Below are positions 46,070 to 56,151 of a DNA stretch of 64,000 nt, piece after piece (within the stretch, counting starts at the first letter, position 1; each line of letters starts with the position of its first letter). Under the pieces are notes generated by a model, which saw only the letters and a program-made list of their open reading frames with translations, was not told the DNA's origin and made no database searches. The stretch spans positions 1,152,001 through 1,216,000 of the forward strand of contig CBDETY010000003.1 in NCBI GenBank assembly GCA_965243025.1, written 5' to 3'. Source of the stretch: Candidatus Latescibacterota bacterium (lineage in GTDB: Bacteria > Latescibacterota > UBA2968 > UBA8231). The translations under genes and the position numbers were made by a program.

Positions 46070-48238
46070 TCAGTAGGCGACCGCCACGGAAGTCACCGCT
46101 GTTTCCGAGGCGGAATCGCTGTCGAGCTCGATACGCACCAGGTACATCCCCGGGGTGACCTTGATCCCCCCCTCGTCCTCGCCGTCCCATGTCACCGTGA
46201 AGCTGCCCCCGGCCTGCGGCGCCGCCAGCAGCTGACGGACACGGCGCCCGGAAAGGTCGAGCACGGAGATCGCAACCGGAGCCTCGTCGGCGAGGCGGGC
46301 GAGGTCGTACCCGATGCGGGTGCGGTCGTTGACGTCGTCCCCGTTGGGGCTGAAGACCGCCGGTTCGGCGGCGACGTTGATAAGCAGTTGCCCGCCGGCC
46401 CCCGAGATCGGGACATCGACGGACAGGCCCCGCTGCGTCGCCGTGCCGATTGCCACCACGTCGTCGTCTCCCTCTCCGAATTCGGCGACGTTGCCGGGTA
46501 TCACCTCCTGCCCGAGGGAGCTTCCCAGGCTGGCGAAGCCGCTGAACTTGGTGCCGAAGCGCAGCACCCGGGCGCGGAAGCGGATGGTGACGCGGGAGAG
46601 GCGGCCCCCCCCGAGGTCGGCTTCCGAAATGGCGGGGAAGCGCACCTGGAAGCGGTTTTCCTCCACCGCTTCGATCGCGAAGGAACCTTCGGCGCCGGAG
46701 ACCGGGGTTGACGACAGGTCCGCCCCGGAAAAGTCGGCCGCTTCGGTACGGCCGTCCGGGTAGATGACCTCGATATGCTCGATCTCCTCTACCCGGACGG
46801 GGGTTTCGATCTCGAGCCGGTCGAACCCGGTGTCGACGTCGCCCCTGATTTCGGTCGGCATCGCGGAATAGGTGAAGGTCACCGGTTCCCCGAGCCTCGC
46901 CGAGCGCGGGTGGATTTCCCCGAGCACCTGCGAGGCGGTGGGCGGGGAGGAAACCGTGAAAGCCAGGGGCCCGATCCCGGTGGCGGCGTCGAGGTCGTCG
47001 CTCCAGAACTCGATGCGGAACTGCAGGTAACGCCTCGGCCCCGGCGAAACGATCCTGACACCGATGCCGGGGTCGCCGATGTTCTCCTCGGTGACTTCCT
47101 GGTCGAGGACGTAGGGAGAGCTCCATGCGCTCCAGTTGCCCAGATCGTCGGTGATGGAACCTTTCGCCGGACCGAGATCGCGGTAGTCGCTCTCGGTCAG
47201 GGCGACCGCTTCCAGCTCTTGCCCGGTCAGGCTCGCGAACAGCTCTCTCGCCTCTTCGAGCGGCAGGCCGTCCAGTTCCACCTCCCCGGCATCGGTGCCG
47301 GCGACCGCCCCCTCTTTCCAGGGGACGTCCACCTGCGCCCCCCCGACGATGGTCGAGCGGCTGAAGACGAGGGGTGTGTCGTCGTTCCCGGTCCGGGTGC
47401 GCACCCGAACTCCCGAAAACCCGTCGAGCCCCGAGGTCTCCGCTATCCAGCGGATGCGCCCCCACAGGGCGAGGTCGTCCCCCAGGTCGAAGATGTCGGA
47501 GATGAAATCGGCGGTCGGAACGAATCCGGTGCCGAAGACGCGGAATTCCGCTATCTCGAAAGGCACCGGGGTGCGCGACTGCAGGCGGATGAAGCGGACG
47601 TACTGGGGGGGGATGGCGAGATCGACGATGGCGTCGTCGTTCGGTGCCTGCAGCGTGAAGGAGCCCCAGATCGGCTTGCCCTCGACCTGGTTGTCCTCGT
47701 CCCCGTCGTTGAGAAAAAGCTCGAAGGCCTTGAGATAATCTTCCTGAAACGGGAAATCGGGGGCCGGATAGTCAGGGTGGGCGTTGCGGGGAAAGAACTG
47801 GATTCCCCGAACTCCGAAGCGTGCCCCCAGGTCGAAATCCATCAGCATCCCGGCGACGACGGTCTCTCCCTTCCGGTCGAGAGCCGTGGTCCCGTCATTG
47901 TCGAGCATCAGGGCCAGTTGCGCCTCGATTTCGGAACCGAGAACGGTGGGAGAGGTGACGCTGCCGCCGCGTCCGAGGATTCCGAGAGAGAGGTTGATCT
48001 CCTCGCTCACCCGTTGGGGAAAGATCCAGCCCTCGCGGCCCTCGGGATCGAACTCGACGACGCCTCCGGGAGTGTTGCCCCGCCCGGCGCTCTCGGCGCC
48101 GGTCTTGAAGATCGGCTCGAGACCGCCGCCCCCGTCGCGCCAGGAACGGCCCTCCACGCCTCCCATGACAATGAGGATGTCGTCGGCATGGACGGTGCCG
48201 GCCAGCAGCAGGATGGCGACGGCTCTCGTTACGGACAT
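46070..48238 (-). CDS. Secreted protein with discoidin-like region and C-terminal FlgD-Ig/T9SS-B-like domain
   Basis: Signal peptide; DLGARFGV..I.FFP, EIAEF.VFG.GF, TRTGND, WSAWS.PY, RY.QFR; tail FSPNGDDVND...WDG.DE.G...PG.YL. Confidence 0.8.
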   Translation of the reverse strand: MSVTRAVAILLLAGTVHADDILIVMGGVEGRSWRDGGGGLEPIFKTGAESAGRGNTPGGVVEFDPEGREGWIFPQRVSEEINLSLGILGRGGSVTSPTVLGSEIEAQLALMLDNDGTTALDRKGETVVAGMLMDFDLGARFGVRGIQFFPRNAHPDYPAPDFPFQEDYLKAFELFLNDGDEDNQVEGKPIWGSFTLQAPNDDAIVDLAIPPQYVRFIRLQSRTPVPFEIAEFRVFGTGFVPTADFISDIFDLGDDLALWGRIRWIAETSGLDGFSGVRVRTRTGNDDTPLVFSRSTIVGGAQVDVPWKEGAVAGTDAGEVELDGLPLEEARELFASLTGQELEAVALTESDYRDLGPAKGSITDDLGNWSAWSSPYVLDQEVTEENIGDPGIGVRIVSPGPRRYLQFRIEFWSDDLDAATGIGPLAFTVSSPPTASQVLGEIHPRSARLGEPVTFTYSAMPTEIRGDVDTGFDRLEIETPVRVEEIEHIEVIYPDGRTEAADFSGADLSSTPVSGAEGSFAIEAVEENRFQVRFPAISEADLGGGRLSRVTIRFRARVLRFGTKFSGFASLGSSLGQEVIPGNVAEFGEGDDDVVAIGTATQRGLSVDVPISGAGGQLLINVAAEPAVFSPNGDDVNDRTRIGYDLARLADEAPVAISVLDLSGRRVRQLLAAPQAGGSFTVTWDGEDEGGIKVTPGMYLVRIELDSDSASETAVTSVAVAY

Positions 48239-48256
48239 CGGGGAATCAACCGCGAC

Positions 48257-50764
48257 TCAGTAGAGGACGTGGACCAGGCGCTGGGCCATGGCGTTTTCGG
48301 CATCCTCCTCGTCGGCGTCGATCTCGATCGCAACCAGGTAGATTCCGGGAGCAACCTTGCCGCCTCCGGCACCCTCGCCGTTCCAGGAAAGGGAGTACTC
48401 GCCGCTGGCCTCCGGGCGTTCCTCGACGATGCGGTGGACCAGGCGCCCGGACAGATCGAAAAAGCGCAGTTCCACCCGCTGTTGCCCGGTGAGGTTGGTA
48501 ACCGCGAACCGGAAGGTCGCCTCTTCATTGAGGCCGTCGCCGTTGGGGGTGAGTACCGGTGAGCTCAGGACGATCTCGCTCAGAATGCGGTCGCCGCCGA
48601 TGGGGCCGGTCAGGACCATCCCGGAGCCGGGAGCTATTTCAGTCGCGTCTCCGGAGTCGACGCGCTGCCAGGAACCGGGTTCGGCCGAGCTTCCGACCGC
48701 CGCTTGGAGGGCGGCCCCGGGGGTGTACAGCGTGGAGGTGAAGCGCAGTTCCAACAGGTCCGCGGAACGGGGAGGGACAGGTTCGTCCAGGCGCACCCGG
48801 AGCGAATCCGTGGCGCTCGGGATGACCTGCAGCTCGTCGTCCGCAATGGGTTCGACGGCGTTCCATTCCGCTTCGCGTCCGACGCGGAGCTCGGCGAACT
48901 GCAGCGCCATGCTGGAAGGAGCTGCCAGGAGGATTTCGTCGAACGCCTCTTCCTGACCCTCTATGCCGATGAACACCGAGAGGTCCTGCTCGACTCCGAC
49001 CTCGTCCACCGCAGTCGGAGCCAGCTCTCCCAGGAGCAGGGCAGCCAGCGGGGGCACGAAATTGAGCCGCACCGCGTCCAGGGATGCGGCGGCATAGGGG
49101 TCGGTCGAAAGCAGGCGCACCCGCATCATCAGCGAGCTGCGGGGGCTGGGGGAGGTGATGCGCTCTCCCGATTCGACGTAGGGCCTGCTCCAGCCGCTCC
49201 AGTCCGCGCCGGGAACGTAGATCTTCACCGAGTCACCCTTGCTGAAGAACCCGAGTGCGCGGTACGCCTCCTCGGTGACCTCGACTCCGGCCTTGTTGTA
49301 GTAGAGGTACTTTTCCGCCAGGCGGTTGCCGGTGCGGGTCTGTATCTCGACCCGGGTGCCGGGAGGGGCGACGGCGTCCCACTCGATCGACACGAGGTTC
49401 TTGGGGTCGCCGAGGCTGACCGGGTCAGCGGTGACCAGCTCGACCTCCGGCTGGTAGCCCTCGCCGTAGAGCTGGAGCTCCCGCGGCACGTAGTACTTGC
49501 CCCTGTGCGGGGACCAGTAGAGAATCTGGACGTAGCGGGCTATGACCGGGGAAAAGGTGGTGATCTCGTAGGCGTCGGTTGAACGGCCTTCGGGTTTTCC
49601 CGACTCGGTGGTCTGCGTCGTCCACGCCAGGCTGCCGTCGGGGGCCAGGCTTCCGTCGGAGGTCTGCACCAGGAAGTTGCCGAAAGGTGCCTGGGTGTCC
49701 TGGTAGTATGCCTGGAAGGTATCGACCCAGTAGCCGGCGTTCAGGTCGAAGAAGAGGGGTCTGCGGACTCCCGAGGGGCCGGCGTTGATGTTCTTCAGGC
49801 TTTCGAACTCCCCGTCGATGAGTCCGAAGATCGATTCCCCGAGGAAATCCAGGGCGATGCCGGCCCGGTCCCTGATGCCCAGGGCGAGGTTCTCACCGGT
49901 GCTGACGACCTCGAGCTCGGCCAGTCGCGGCCGCTCGCGGCGGTAATGCCGCACCGAGCCGCGGCGCTCCGGGGAGATCGCCTCGTAGGTTGCCTGACTG
50001 ATGCGGACTTCTCCGTCGGGGAGAGTCTTGTAGTAGTCGACCGCTCCCCGGTCGTCGCCGGAGAGGCCGGAATACTCCTCTTCGGAGACGCGGGCGCCCC
50101 GTTCGCCGTCGGTGGCGGTTACGACCACCTGGACGAAGCGTACCATTTCTCCTTCGTAGTCGGGGTCGTTGTTGGGCCGGGTAGGGCGCAGCGGGATTTC
50201 GAAGAGGCGTTGTTCCTTGTGGTCCCGGCGGGTGCGGAACTGCTGCTGGAAATCGAAGATCCCCTTGACCCTCTCGTCGCCGTCGGAAGTCAGCACGACG
50301 AACTGCAGGAAGGGATCCCCCCCACCCGGGGGAACGAACTTCAGCAGGATCTGTTTTGCCGAAACCAGCCGCCCGAGGTCGACCTGGAACCACCACTCCC
50401 CGAGGGGACTGTCGCCGGCCGGCTCCCAGTAGGTGGTCTCGTCGTCGTCGAACAGGTTTGCGACCGCCGCAAGGTTTGTGCCGGCCTGGAGAGCATCGGC
50501 GAGGGTCACGTCGGCGGGGTCCTTGCCACCGGGCGGGTTGCGCATGAGGTGGTCGACAATATCGCTGGTGGCATCCGAGTTCTTGGGCACGAAGTGGGGG
50601 GAGATGACCCCCCCTTCGATTTCTACCGTGCCCTGCGGAAACTGCCACTGCTCCCAGTGCGACTGGCTGTCGACCACGACCTGATCGCCGCGCACGGAGG
50701 CGGTCTGCCCCCACGCCGTTTCAATGCCGAGAAGGGCGATTGCGGCGATGGCGAAAGGCTTCAT
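48257..50764 (-). CDS. Secreted protein with discoidin-like regions and C-terminal FlgD-Ig/T9SS-B-like domain
   Basis: Signal MKPFAIAAIALLG; FDDD.TTYW, QVDLGR, ELQLYGEGY, TRTGN, WSGWS.PY; tail LTPNGDGLNE...WNG...PG.YL. Confidence 0.8.
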   Translation of the reverse strand: MKPFAIAAIALLGIETAWGQTASVRGDQVVVDSQSHWEQWQFPQGTVEIEGGVISPHFVPKNSDATSDIVDHLMRNPPGGKDPADVTLADALQAGTNLAAVANLFDDDETTYWEPAGDSPLGEWWFQVDLGRLVSAKQILLKFVPPGGGDPFLQFVVLTSDGDERVKGIFDFQQQFRTRRDHKEQRLFEIPLRPTRPNNDPDYEGEMVRFVQVVVTATDGERGARVSEEEYSGLSGDDRGAVDYYKTLPDGEVRISQATYEAISPERRGSVRHYRRERPRLAELEVVSTGENLALGIRDRAGIALDFLGESIFGLIDGEFESLKNINAGPSGVRRPLFFDLNAGYWVDTFQAYYQDTQAPFGNFLVQTSDGSLAPDGSLAWTTQTTESGKPEGRSTDAYEITTFSPVIARYVQILYWSPHRGKYYVPRELQLYGEGYQPEVELVTADPVSLGDPKNLVSIEWDAVAPPGTRVEIQTRTGNRLAEKYLYYNKAGVEVTEEAYRALGFFSKGDSVKIYVPGADWSGWSRPYVESGERITSPSPRSSLMMRVRLLSTDPYAAASLDAVRLNFVPPLAALLLGELAPTAVDEVGVEQDLSVFIGIEGQEEAFDEILLAAPSSMALQFAELRVGREAEWNAVEPIADDELQVIPSATDSLRVRLDEPVPPRSADLLELRFTSTLYTPGAALQAAVGSSAEPGSWQRVDSGDATEIAPGSGMVLTGPIGGDRILSEIVLSSPVLTPNGDGLNEEATFRFAVTNLTGQQRVELRFFDLSGRLVHRIVEERPEASGEYSLSWNGEGAGGGKVAPGIYLVAIEIDADEEDAENAMAQRLVHVLY

Positions 50765-50976
50765 GGATAGCGGGTTTTCCAGATTGTCAGCGGATGCGGG
50801 TCCTGCGGCATGCACGGCCAATTCGCGTAAATTCTAATTTCATTCGCAGTTTGCAGCAACAAATCGCATCGCCGCCTCCCGGCCGGAGCGGGACCCGCCG
50901 GCGTTGCCGAATTCCGGGAATCTGGAGCATGCACCAGAGCAAGAAAGAACTGCATCCGTGCGCCGGGGCCGGTATA

Positions 50977-52893
50977 ATGCACCGGCTCTCCGTCCTTCTC
51001 ATCGCCGCCATCTGGCCGCTCAACGCCCTCGCGGCGGAGCCGGTGCAGATTGCCGAGCCGCAGGAGATCCTCGATCCGCACTGGCTCGGGGAGCGCCGCG
51101 AGGCCCAGCTGGGAATGGCCGGGGAAATCGGTGTTTTCCACGGCTTCCGGTTCAGCGACCGGGTCGAGGAGAGCGGCATCGCCTTCGAGCACCGCATTGT
51201 CGACGACGCCGGGCGCAACTGGAAGCCCAACCACTACGACCACGGCAACGGCATGGCGATCGCCGACGTCGACGCAGACGGCCGCTTCGACATCTACTTC
51301 GTCACCCAGGTCGGGTCCAACGAGCTGTACCGCAACCTCGGGGGGGCGCGGTTCGCCCTTTCGGAAGCCGGTCCGGACCTCGCCCTCGCCGACCGCATCG
51401 GGGTCGCCCCCTCGTTTGCCGACACCGACAACGACGGCGACCCCGATCTGTTCGTAACCAGCGTGCGCGGAGGAAACGCACTGCTGGCCAACGACGGGAG
51501 GGGAATGTTCCGCGACATATCGGGCAGGTCCGGCCTCGACTATTCAGGCCATTCCTCCGCCACGGTCTTCTTCGACTACAACCGGGACGGCATGCTCGAC
51601 GCCTTCGTCGCCAACGTCGGGAAATACACCCGCGGCAGCGAGCCTGCGCCCGTGATAGGGTTCGCCCGCGACGGCGACGACGGAGAGTTCAGCTACTACC
51701 CCGGGTACGCCGACGCCTTCGAGGGCCATTTGAAACCGCTGCGAACGGAGAGAAGTCATCTGTACGAGAACGGGGGGGAGAACCGCTTCGCCAACGTCAC
51801 TGCCCGAACGGGTCTTCTCGACGAAAGCTGGACCGGGGCGGCCACCCCGATCGATGTAAACGAGGACGGCTGGCTCGACCTGTACGTGCTGAACATGCAG
51901 GGGCATGACGAGTACTACGAGAACGACGGGGGCGAGCGTTTCACGCGCAAAAGCCGGGAGCGGTTTCCCAGGACTCCCTGGGGCTCGATGGGTGTGAAGG
52001 TCTTCGACTACGACCAGGACGGAAACCTCGATCTCTATCTCACCGACATGCACTCCGACATGAGCGAGGACATCGGCGTCGAGCGCGAGAAGCTGAAGGC
52101 CGACATGAAGTGGACGGAAAGCGTCCTGCGCAGCGGCGGCATGAGCATTTTCGGCAACGCCTTCTTCCGCAACGCCGGGGGAGGGGAGTTCGTGGAGATC
52201 TCCGACGCGAACGGAACCGAAAACTACTGGCCGTGGGGCCTGAGCGCCGGAGATCTCAACGCCGACGGGTACGAGGACCTGTTCGTCACCTCGAGCATGA
52301 ATTACGGCTTCCGCTACGGCGTCAACTCCCTGCTGCTCAACGACGGCTCGCGCTTCCACGACAGCGAGTTCATCCTCGGAGCGGAGCCGCGGCGCCGGGG
52401 CCGCACCGCCAAACCCTGGTTCGAGCTCCAGTGCTCGCGAGCCGACTCCTCCCACAATCTGTGTGAGAGCCACGAGGGCCCGCACGTCTTCTGGGGGGCT
52501 CTCGGCTCGCGCACTTCGGCGATCTTCGACCTCGACGACGACGGGGATCTCGACATCGTCACCGGGGAGTTCAACGACGGTCCCATGGTGCTTCTCAGCA
52601 ACCTGAGTGAGAGAAGAGAAAACCTGCGCTACCTGAAAGTCGCCCTGAGCGGCACCCGGACGAACCGGGACGGGCTCGGGTCCCGGGTCCGCGTTCACGC
52701 CGCCGGCAGGATGCTGACCAACATGTACGACGGGCAGTCGGGATACCTGTCGCAGAGCTCGTACCCGCTCTATTTCGGGCTCGGGGAGGCCGCCGAGGTC
52801 GACAGCGTCGAGGTGCGCTGGCTTTCCGGGCAGCGCCAGGTCGTCAGCGGCCCGATCGCGGCCAACCAGCTGATCCGGATCGTCGAGCCCTGA
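50977..52893 (+). CDS. CRTAC1-family FG-GAP/ASPIC-UnbV protein
   Basis: Signal peptide; DVDADG, DTDNDGD.DLF, DYNRDG, DLNADG; NRDGLGSRV...GYLSQS..PLYFGLG...VRW.SG. Confidence 0.92.
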   Translation: MHRLSVLLIAAIWPLNALAAEPVQIAEPQEILDPHWLGERREAQLGMAGEIGVFHGFRFSDRVEESGIAFEHRIVDDAGRNWKPNHYDHGNGMAIADVDADGRFDIYFVTQVGSNELYRNLGGARFALSEAGPDLALADRIGVAPSFADTDNDGDPDLFVTSVRGGNALLANDGRGMFRDISGRSGLDYSGHSSATVFFDYNRDGMLDAFVANVGKYTRGSEPAPVIGFARDGDDGEFSYYPGYADAFEGHLKPLRTERSHLYENGGENRFANVTARTGLLDESWTGAATPIDVNEDGWLDLYVLNMQGHDEYYENDGGERFTRKSRERFPRTPWGSMGVKVFDYDQDGNLDLYLTDMHSDMSEDIGVEREKLKADMKWTESVLRSGGMSIFGNAFFRNAGGGEFVEISDANGTENYWPWGLSAGDLNADGYEDLFVTSSMNYGFRYGVNSLLLNDGSRFHDSEFILGAEPRRRGRTAKPWFELQCSRADSSHNLCESHEGPHVFWGALGSRTSAIFDLDDDGDLDIVTGEFNDGPMVLLSNLSERRENLRYLKVALSGTRTNRDGLGSRVRVHAAGRMLTNMYDGQSGYLSQSSYPLYFGLGEAAEVDSVEVRWLSGQRQVVSGPIAANQLIRIVEP

Positions 52894-52908
52894 TGCCCCC
52901 GAGGGAGG

Positions 52909-54603
52909 TCAGCGCTCCCGCGGGCTCCTTCGCGTGACCTCGATCAGACGATTCACCTCGAGGTCTTTGATTACCTCCAGGTTCCCGTCCGGCCAGCGGA
53001 TCTCCAGCGCCTCGACGCTCCGCTCCCCCCCCAGGCCGAAGTGCAGCCTGGTATCGTCCTGGGAGAGATAGCCTGTCCCCGCCCTCACCTCGCGGATCTG
53101 GGAGGTCCCGCCGGCAACCACGGCGACGCGGGCGCCGACGGCCTGGGTGTTGTGTCCTTCCTGAATGAGCTTGACCTGCAGCCAGTTTCCCCGGTTGCCG
53201 CCGTCGTTGCGCAGCAGGGTCGGCGGCGAATCCTGGTTGACGACGACGAGGTCCAGGTCTCCGTCGTCGTCGAAATCGGCAAAGGCCGAACCCCTGCTGG
53301 GAGCGGCGACGGCGAACCCGCTTCCCGAGCTGTCCGACACATCGCGGAAACCGCCGCCGTCGTTCTCGAAGAGCTGGTTGCGCTGGTCGTAGCTCGAACC
53401 GACTCCATGGCCGTCGACGGCGGGGTAGACGTGGCCGTTGGCGACGAACAGGTCTTCGTCCCCGTCGTTGTCGGCGTCGAAGAAGGCGGCACCCCAGCCG
53501 AGCTCGGTGAAGCTGGCCGCCCCCAACCCCGCCGCGGAGCTGGCGTCGAAGAAGATCCCGTCTCCCATATTCCGGTACAGGGTGTTGTAATCGTTGGCGA
53601 AGTTGGTCACCAAGAGGTCGAAGTCGCCGTCGTTGTCGTAGTCGCCGGCGGCGATCCCCATGCCGGCCTGCTCCAGTCCGTTTTCGCTCAGGGCGGCGCC
53701 GCTGAGCTGCGCCGTCTCCTCGAAGCGGCCGCCGTCGTTGCGGTAGAGCAGGTTCGGGGTCGAGTCGTTGGCGATGTAGAGATCCGGGTCTCCGTCGTTG
53801 TCGAAATCCCCGGCCACGGCTCCCAGACCGTAGTAACGGTGTGCGGCCAATCCGAACTCTTCGTTGGCGACTGAATAGGACCAGGACTCTCCCGGCCCGT
53901 TGTTGCGGTAGAAGAGATCCCCGGCTCCGGCAAGGCCGGTCGGCCCGCAGAAGACGTCGAGACCCCGCCACCGGCACAGGTTCGGGTCCGGGGGGCGGTA
54001 CTCCGGATCGAAGTCGATGTAGTTGCTCAGGTAGAAGTCGAGATCGCCGTCCCCGTCGAAATCGGCGAAAGCTGCCGCCGACCCCCAACCGGGGTGGGCG
54101 ACTCCCGCCTGTGAGGCGACGTTCGTGAAGACCCCTCCGCTGTTCCGGTAAAGGGCGTTGGGACCGTAGTTCGCCAGGAAGAGATCGAGCCATCCGTCGG
54201 CGTTGTAATCGGCCGGAGTGCAGCCCATTCCCCAGCCGGCGTGATCGACTCCGACGCCCGTGCCGACGTCGGTGAAGCGCCAGTCCCCCTCGTTGCGGAA
54301 CAGGGCGGCGCGCGGCTCCTCCCCATTCTCGAAACCCCCGAGCCGGGAGCCGTTGACGATGTAGATGTCGACGTCGCCGTCGTTGTCGTAGTCGAACACC
54401 GCGGTACCCCCGGTCGTGCTCTCGACGATGTACTCCTTGGCCGGAGTGCCCGAAACGGTGAGCAGGTCGACCCCGCTGGCCTCGGCGACGTCGACGAACG
54501 CCGGCCACTCCCCAGCCCGGGGACCGGGACCGGTATCCGCCAGACCGGGTGCCGCAGTCAGGGCCGCGAGCGCGCCAGCCGCCTTGAACCCGCTCGCGCT
54601 CAC
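52909..54603 (-). CDS. CRTAC1-family FG-GAP/ASPIC-UnbV protein
   Basis: DYDNDGD.DIY repeats, QAGMGIA, VGARV...GYLSQDD.RLHFGLG...IRWPDG; GTG start overlaps the TPR gene stop. Confidence 0.92.
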   Translation of the reverse strand: MSASGFKAAGALAALTAAPGLADTGPGPRAGEWPAFVDVAEASGVDLLTVSGTPAKEYIVESTTGGTAVFDYDNDGDVDIYIVNGSRLGGFENGEEPRAALFRNEGDWRFTDVGTGVGVDHAGWGMGCTPADYNADGWLDLFLANYGPNALYRNSGGVFTNVASQAGVAHPGWGSAAAFADFDGDGDLDFYLSNYIDFDPEYRPPDPNLCRWRGLDVFCGPTGLAGAGDLFYRNNGPGESWSYSVANEEFGLAAHRYYGLGAVAGDFDNDGDPDLYIANDSTPNLLYRNDGGRFEETAQLSGAALSENGLEQAGMGIAAGDYDNDGDFDLLVTNFANDYNTLYRNMGDGIFFDASSAAGLGAASFTELGWGAAFFDADNDGDEDLFVANGHVYPAVDGHGVGSSYDQRNQLFENDGGGFRDVSDSSGSGFAVAAPSRGSAFADFDDDGDLDLVVVNQDSPPTLLRNDGGNRGNWLQVKLIQEGHNTQAVGARVAVVAGGTSQIREVRAGTGYLSQDDTRLHFGLGGERSVEALEIRWPDGNLEVIKDLEVNRLIEVTRRSPRER

Positions 54604-56150
54604 CGGGACTCGAGCTGGTCGATCCGCGCGCGCACTTCCCCCAGACGTTCGTCTCCCGGGGAGGCGTTGGCGGCGAAAGCCCTGTACGCCTCCCGGGCGG
54701 CCCGGAGGTCGTCGTTTCGATCGTGTGCCCTGGCAAGGGCGAGATGCCCCTGGGCGAAGGATGGTCTCGACTCCACGAGGCGTTCGAGCTCCTCGATGGC
54801 CTCGTCCAGCTTTCCGGCGCGTTCCAGGCAGGTGGCGAGACCGTACCGGGCCCCGGTGAGGTCCGGAGCATGCCGCAGCGCCGCACGGTAAGACTCCCCG
54901 GCCGCGGCGAGCCGACCCTGCATCGCGCGCACGTTGCCGAGGCCGACGTGGGCGTCGGCGAAAGAGCTGTCGAGGGAAGCGCTCCGCGCGAACGCCTCGG
55001 CCGCATCTTCCAGTCTGCCCTCGCGTGCGCCGGCAAAGCCGATGACATACCAGGCACGGCTGGCGACAGGGGCTTCCGGAGATGCGGAAACCGCCCTGCG
55101 GGCCCGGGCAACCGCCTCCTCGAGCTTGCCCCCGTGCAGCAGCAGCCGGCTCGACCCGGCCAGCGCCTGAACCTGACCGGGCTGGCGCTGCAGCAGGGCG
55201 TCGAAGGCTTCGAGGGCTGCGTCGGTCTGGCCGAGTTCCGAGTAGGAGGCCGCCAGCTGCAGGTAGATTCGGGCGTCTCCTTCTCCCCTGGAGATGGTTC
55301 GTTGCAGGCGCTCGGCGAGGTCGACGTGATGGCTGAGGCGCTCGAACTCGGCCAGCAGGCTCTTCGCCTCCCGGGAGCGCCCCTGGATCGCCAGCAGGTT
55401 GGCGAGGTTGTGATGCAGCTTCTCGTGCCCCGGCCCGATGTCGAGGGCGCGCCGGAAAAGCTCTTCGGCTTCCCGGTAGTGTCCGGCGCCGGTCAGGACG
55501 AGCCCGAGCTCGCGCAGGGATTCGACGTCCCTTCCGTCGACAGCCAGGGCCCTGCGGAAGGCCGCCTCCGCCTCTTCCCGGCGCCCGAGCATCCTCATGA
55601 AGTTGCCCAGGGCCTGGTGCGACCGCACGTCCGTGGAGTCGGCGCGGATGGCGCGAATCAGGGCTTCTTCCGCCCTGGAGTATTCCCCCTGCTGCTGGTG
55701 GAAGAAAGCCGCGAAGCGGTGGGACTCGGCGGCCCCCGGATCTATTCGCAGGGCCCGGTCCAACTGCTCCAGGGCCTCGGGGTACCGCCCCTGCTCGCCG
55801 TAGGCTGCGGCGAGGTTGTGATACGATGGGAGGAACGTCGAATCGAGGCGGATGGCGGTCCGGTAAGCGGCTATGGCATCCTCCCAGCGCCACAGCCCGA
55901 CGTAGGCGTTGCCGAGGTAGCAGTAGGCGGGGGCGTACAGGGAATCCAGGGCGACGGCGGCTCCGTAGGCCTCGGTAGCCTCCTGGAAACGACCTTCCTG
56001 AAGGTGGGCGTTGCCCTGCTGGTAGTGGCGGTCCCTGTCCGGGTGCCCCGGCGGGGGCGATGGGGCGGGCAGATGCTGTTCACATCCGGAAATCGAGCCG
56101 GCCAGCACCCACCAGAGCAGGGAGCCGGAAAGGAGGCGGAGGGTGTCCAA
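54600..56150 (-). CDS. Tetratricopeptide-repeat lipoprotein
   Basis: SISGC lipobox; serial A...LG......G....A...Y..A TPR units. Confidence 0.88.
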   Translation of the reverse strand: MDTLRLLSGSLLWWVLAGSISGCEQHLPAPSPPPGHPDRDRHYQQGNAHLQEGRFQEATEAYGAAVALDSLYAPAYCYLGNAYVGLWRWEDAIAAYRTAIRLDSTFLPSYHNLAAAYGEQGRYPEALEQLDRALRIDPGAAESHRFAAFFHQQQGEYSRAEEALIRAIRADSTDVRSHQALGNFMRMLGRREEAEAAFRRALAVDGRDVESLRELGLVLTGAGHYREAEELFRRALDIGPGHEKLHHNLANLLAIQGRSREAKSLLAEFERLSHHVDLAERLQRTISRGEGDARIYLQLAASYSELGQTDAALEAFDALLQRQPGQVQALAGSSRLLLHGGKLEEAVARARRAVSASPEAPVASRAWYVIGFAGAREGRLEDAAEAFARSASLDSSFADAHVGLGNVRAMQGRLAAAGESYRAALRHAPDLTGARYGLATCLERAGKLDEAIEELERLVESRPSFAQGHLALARAHDRNDDLRAAREAYRAFAANASPGDERLGEVRARIDQLESR

Positions 56151-56151
56151 G

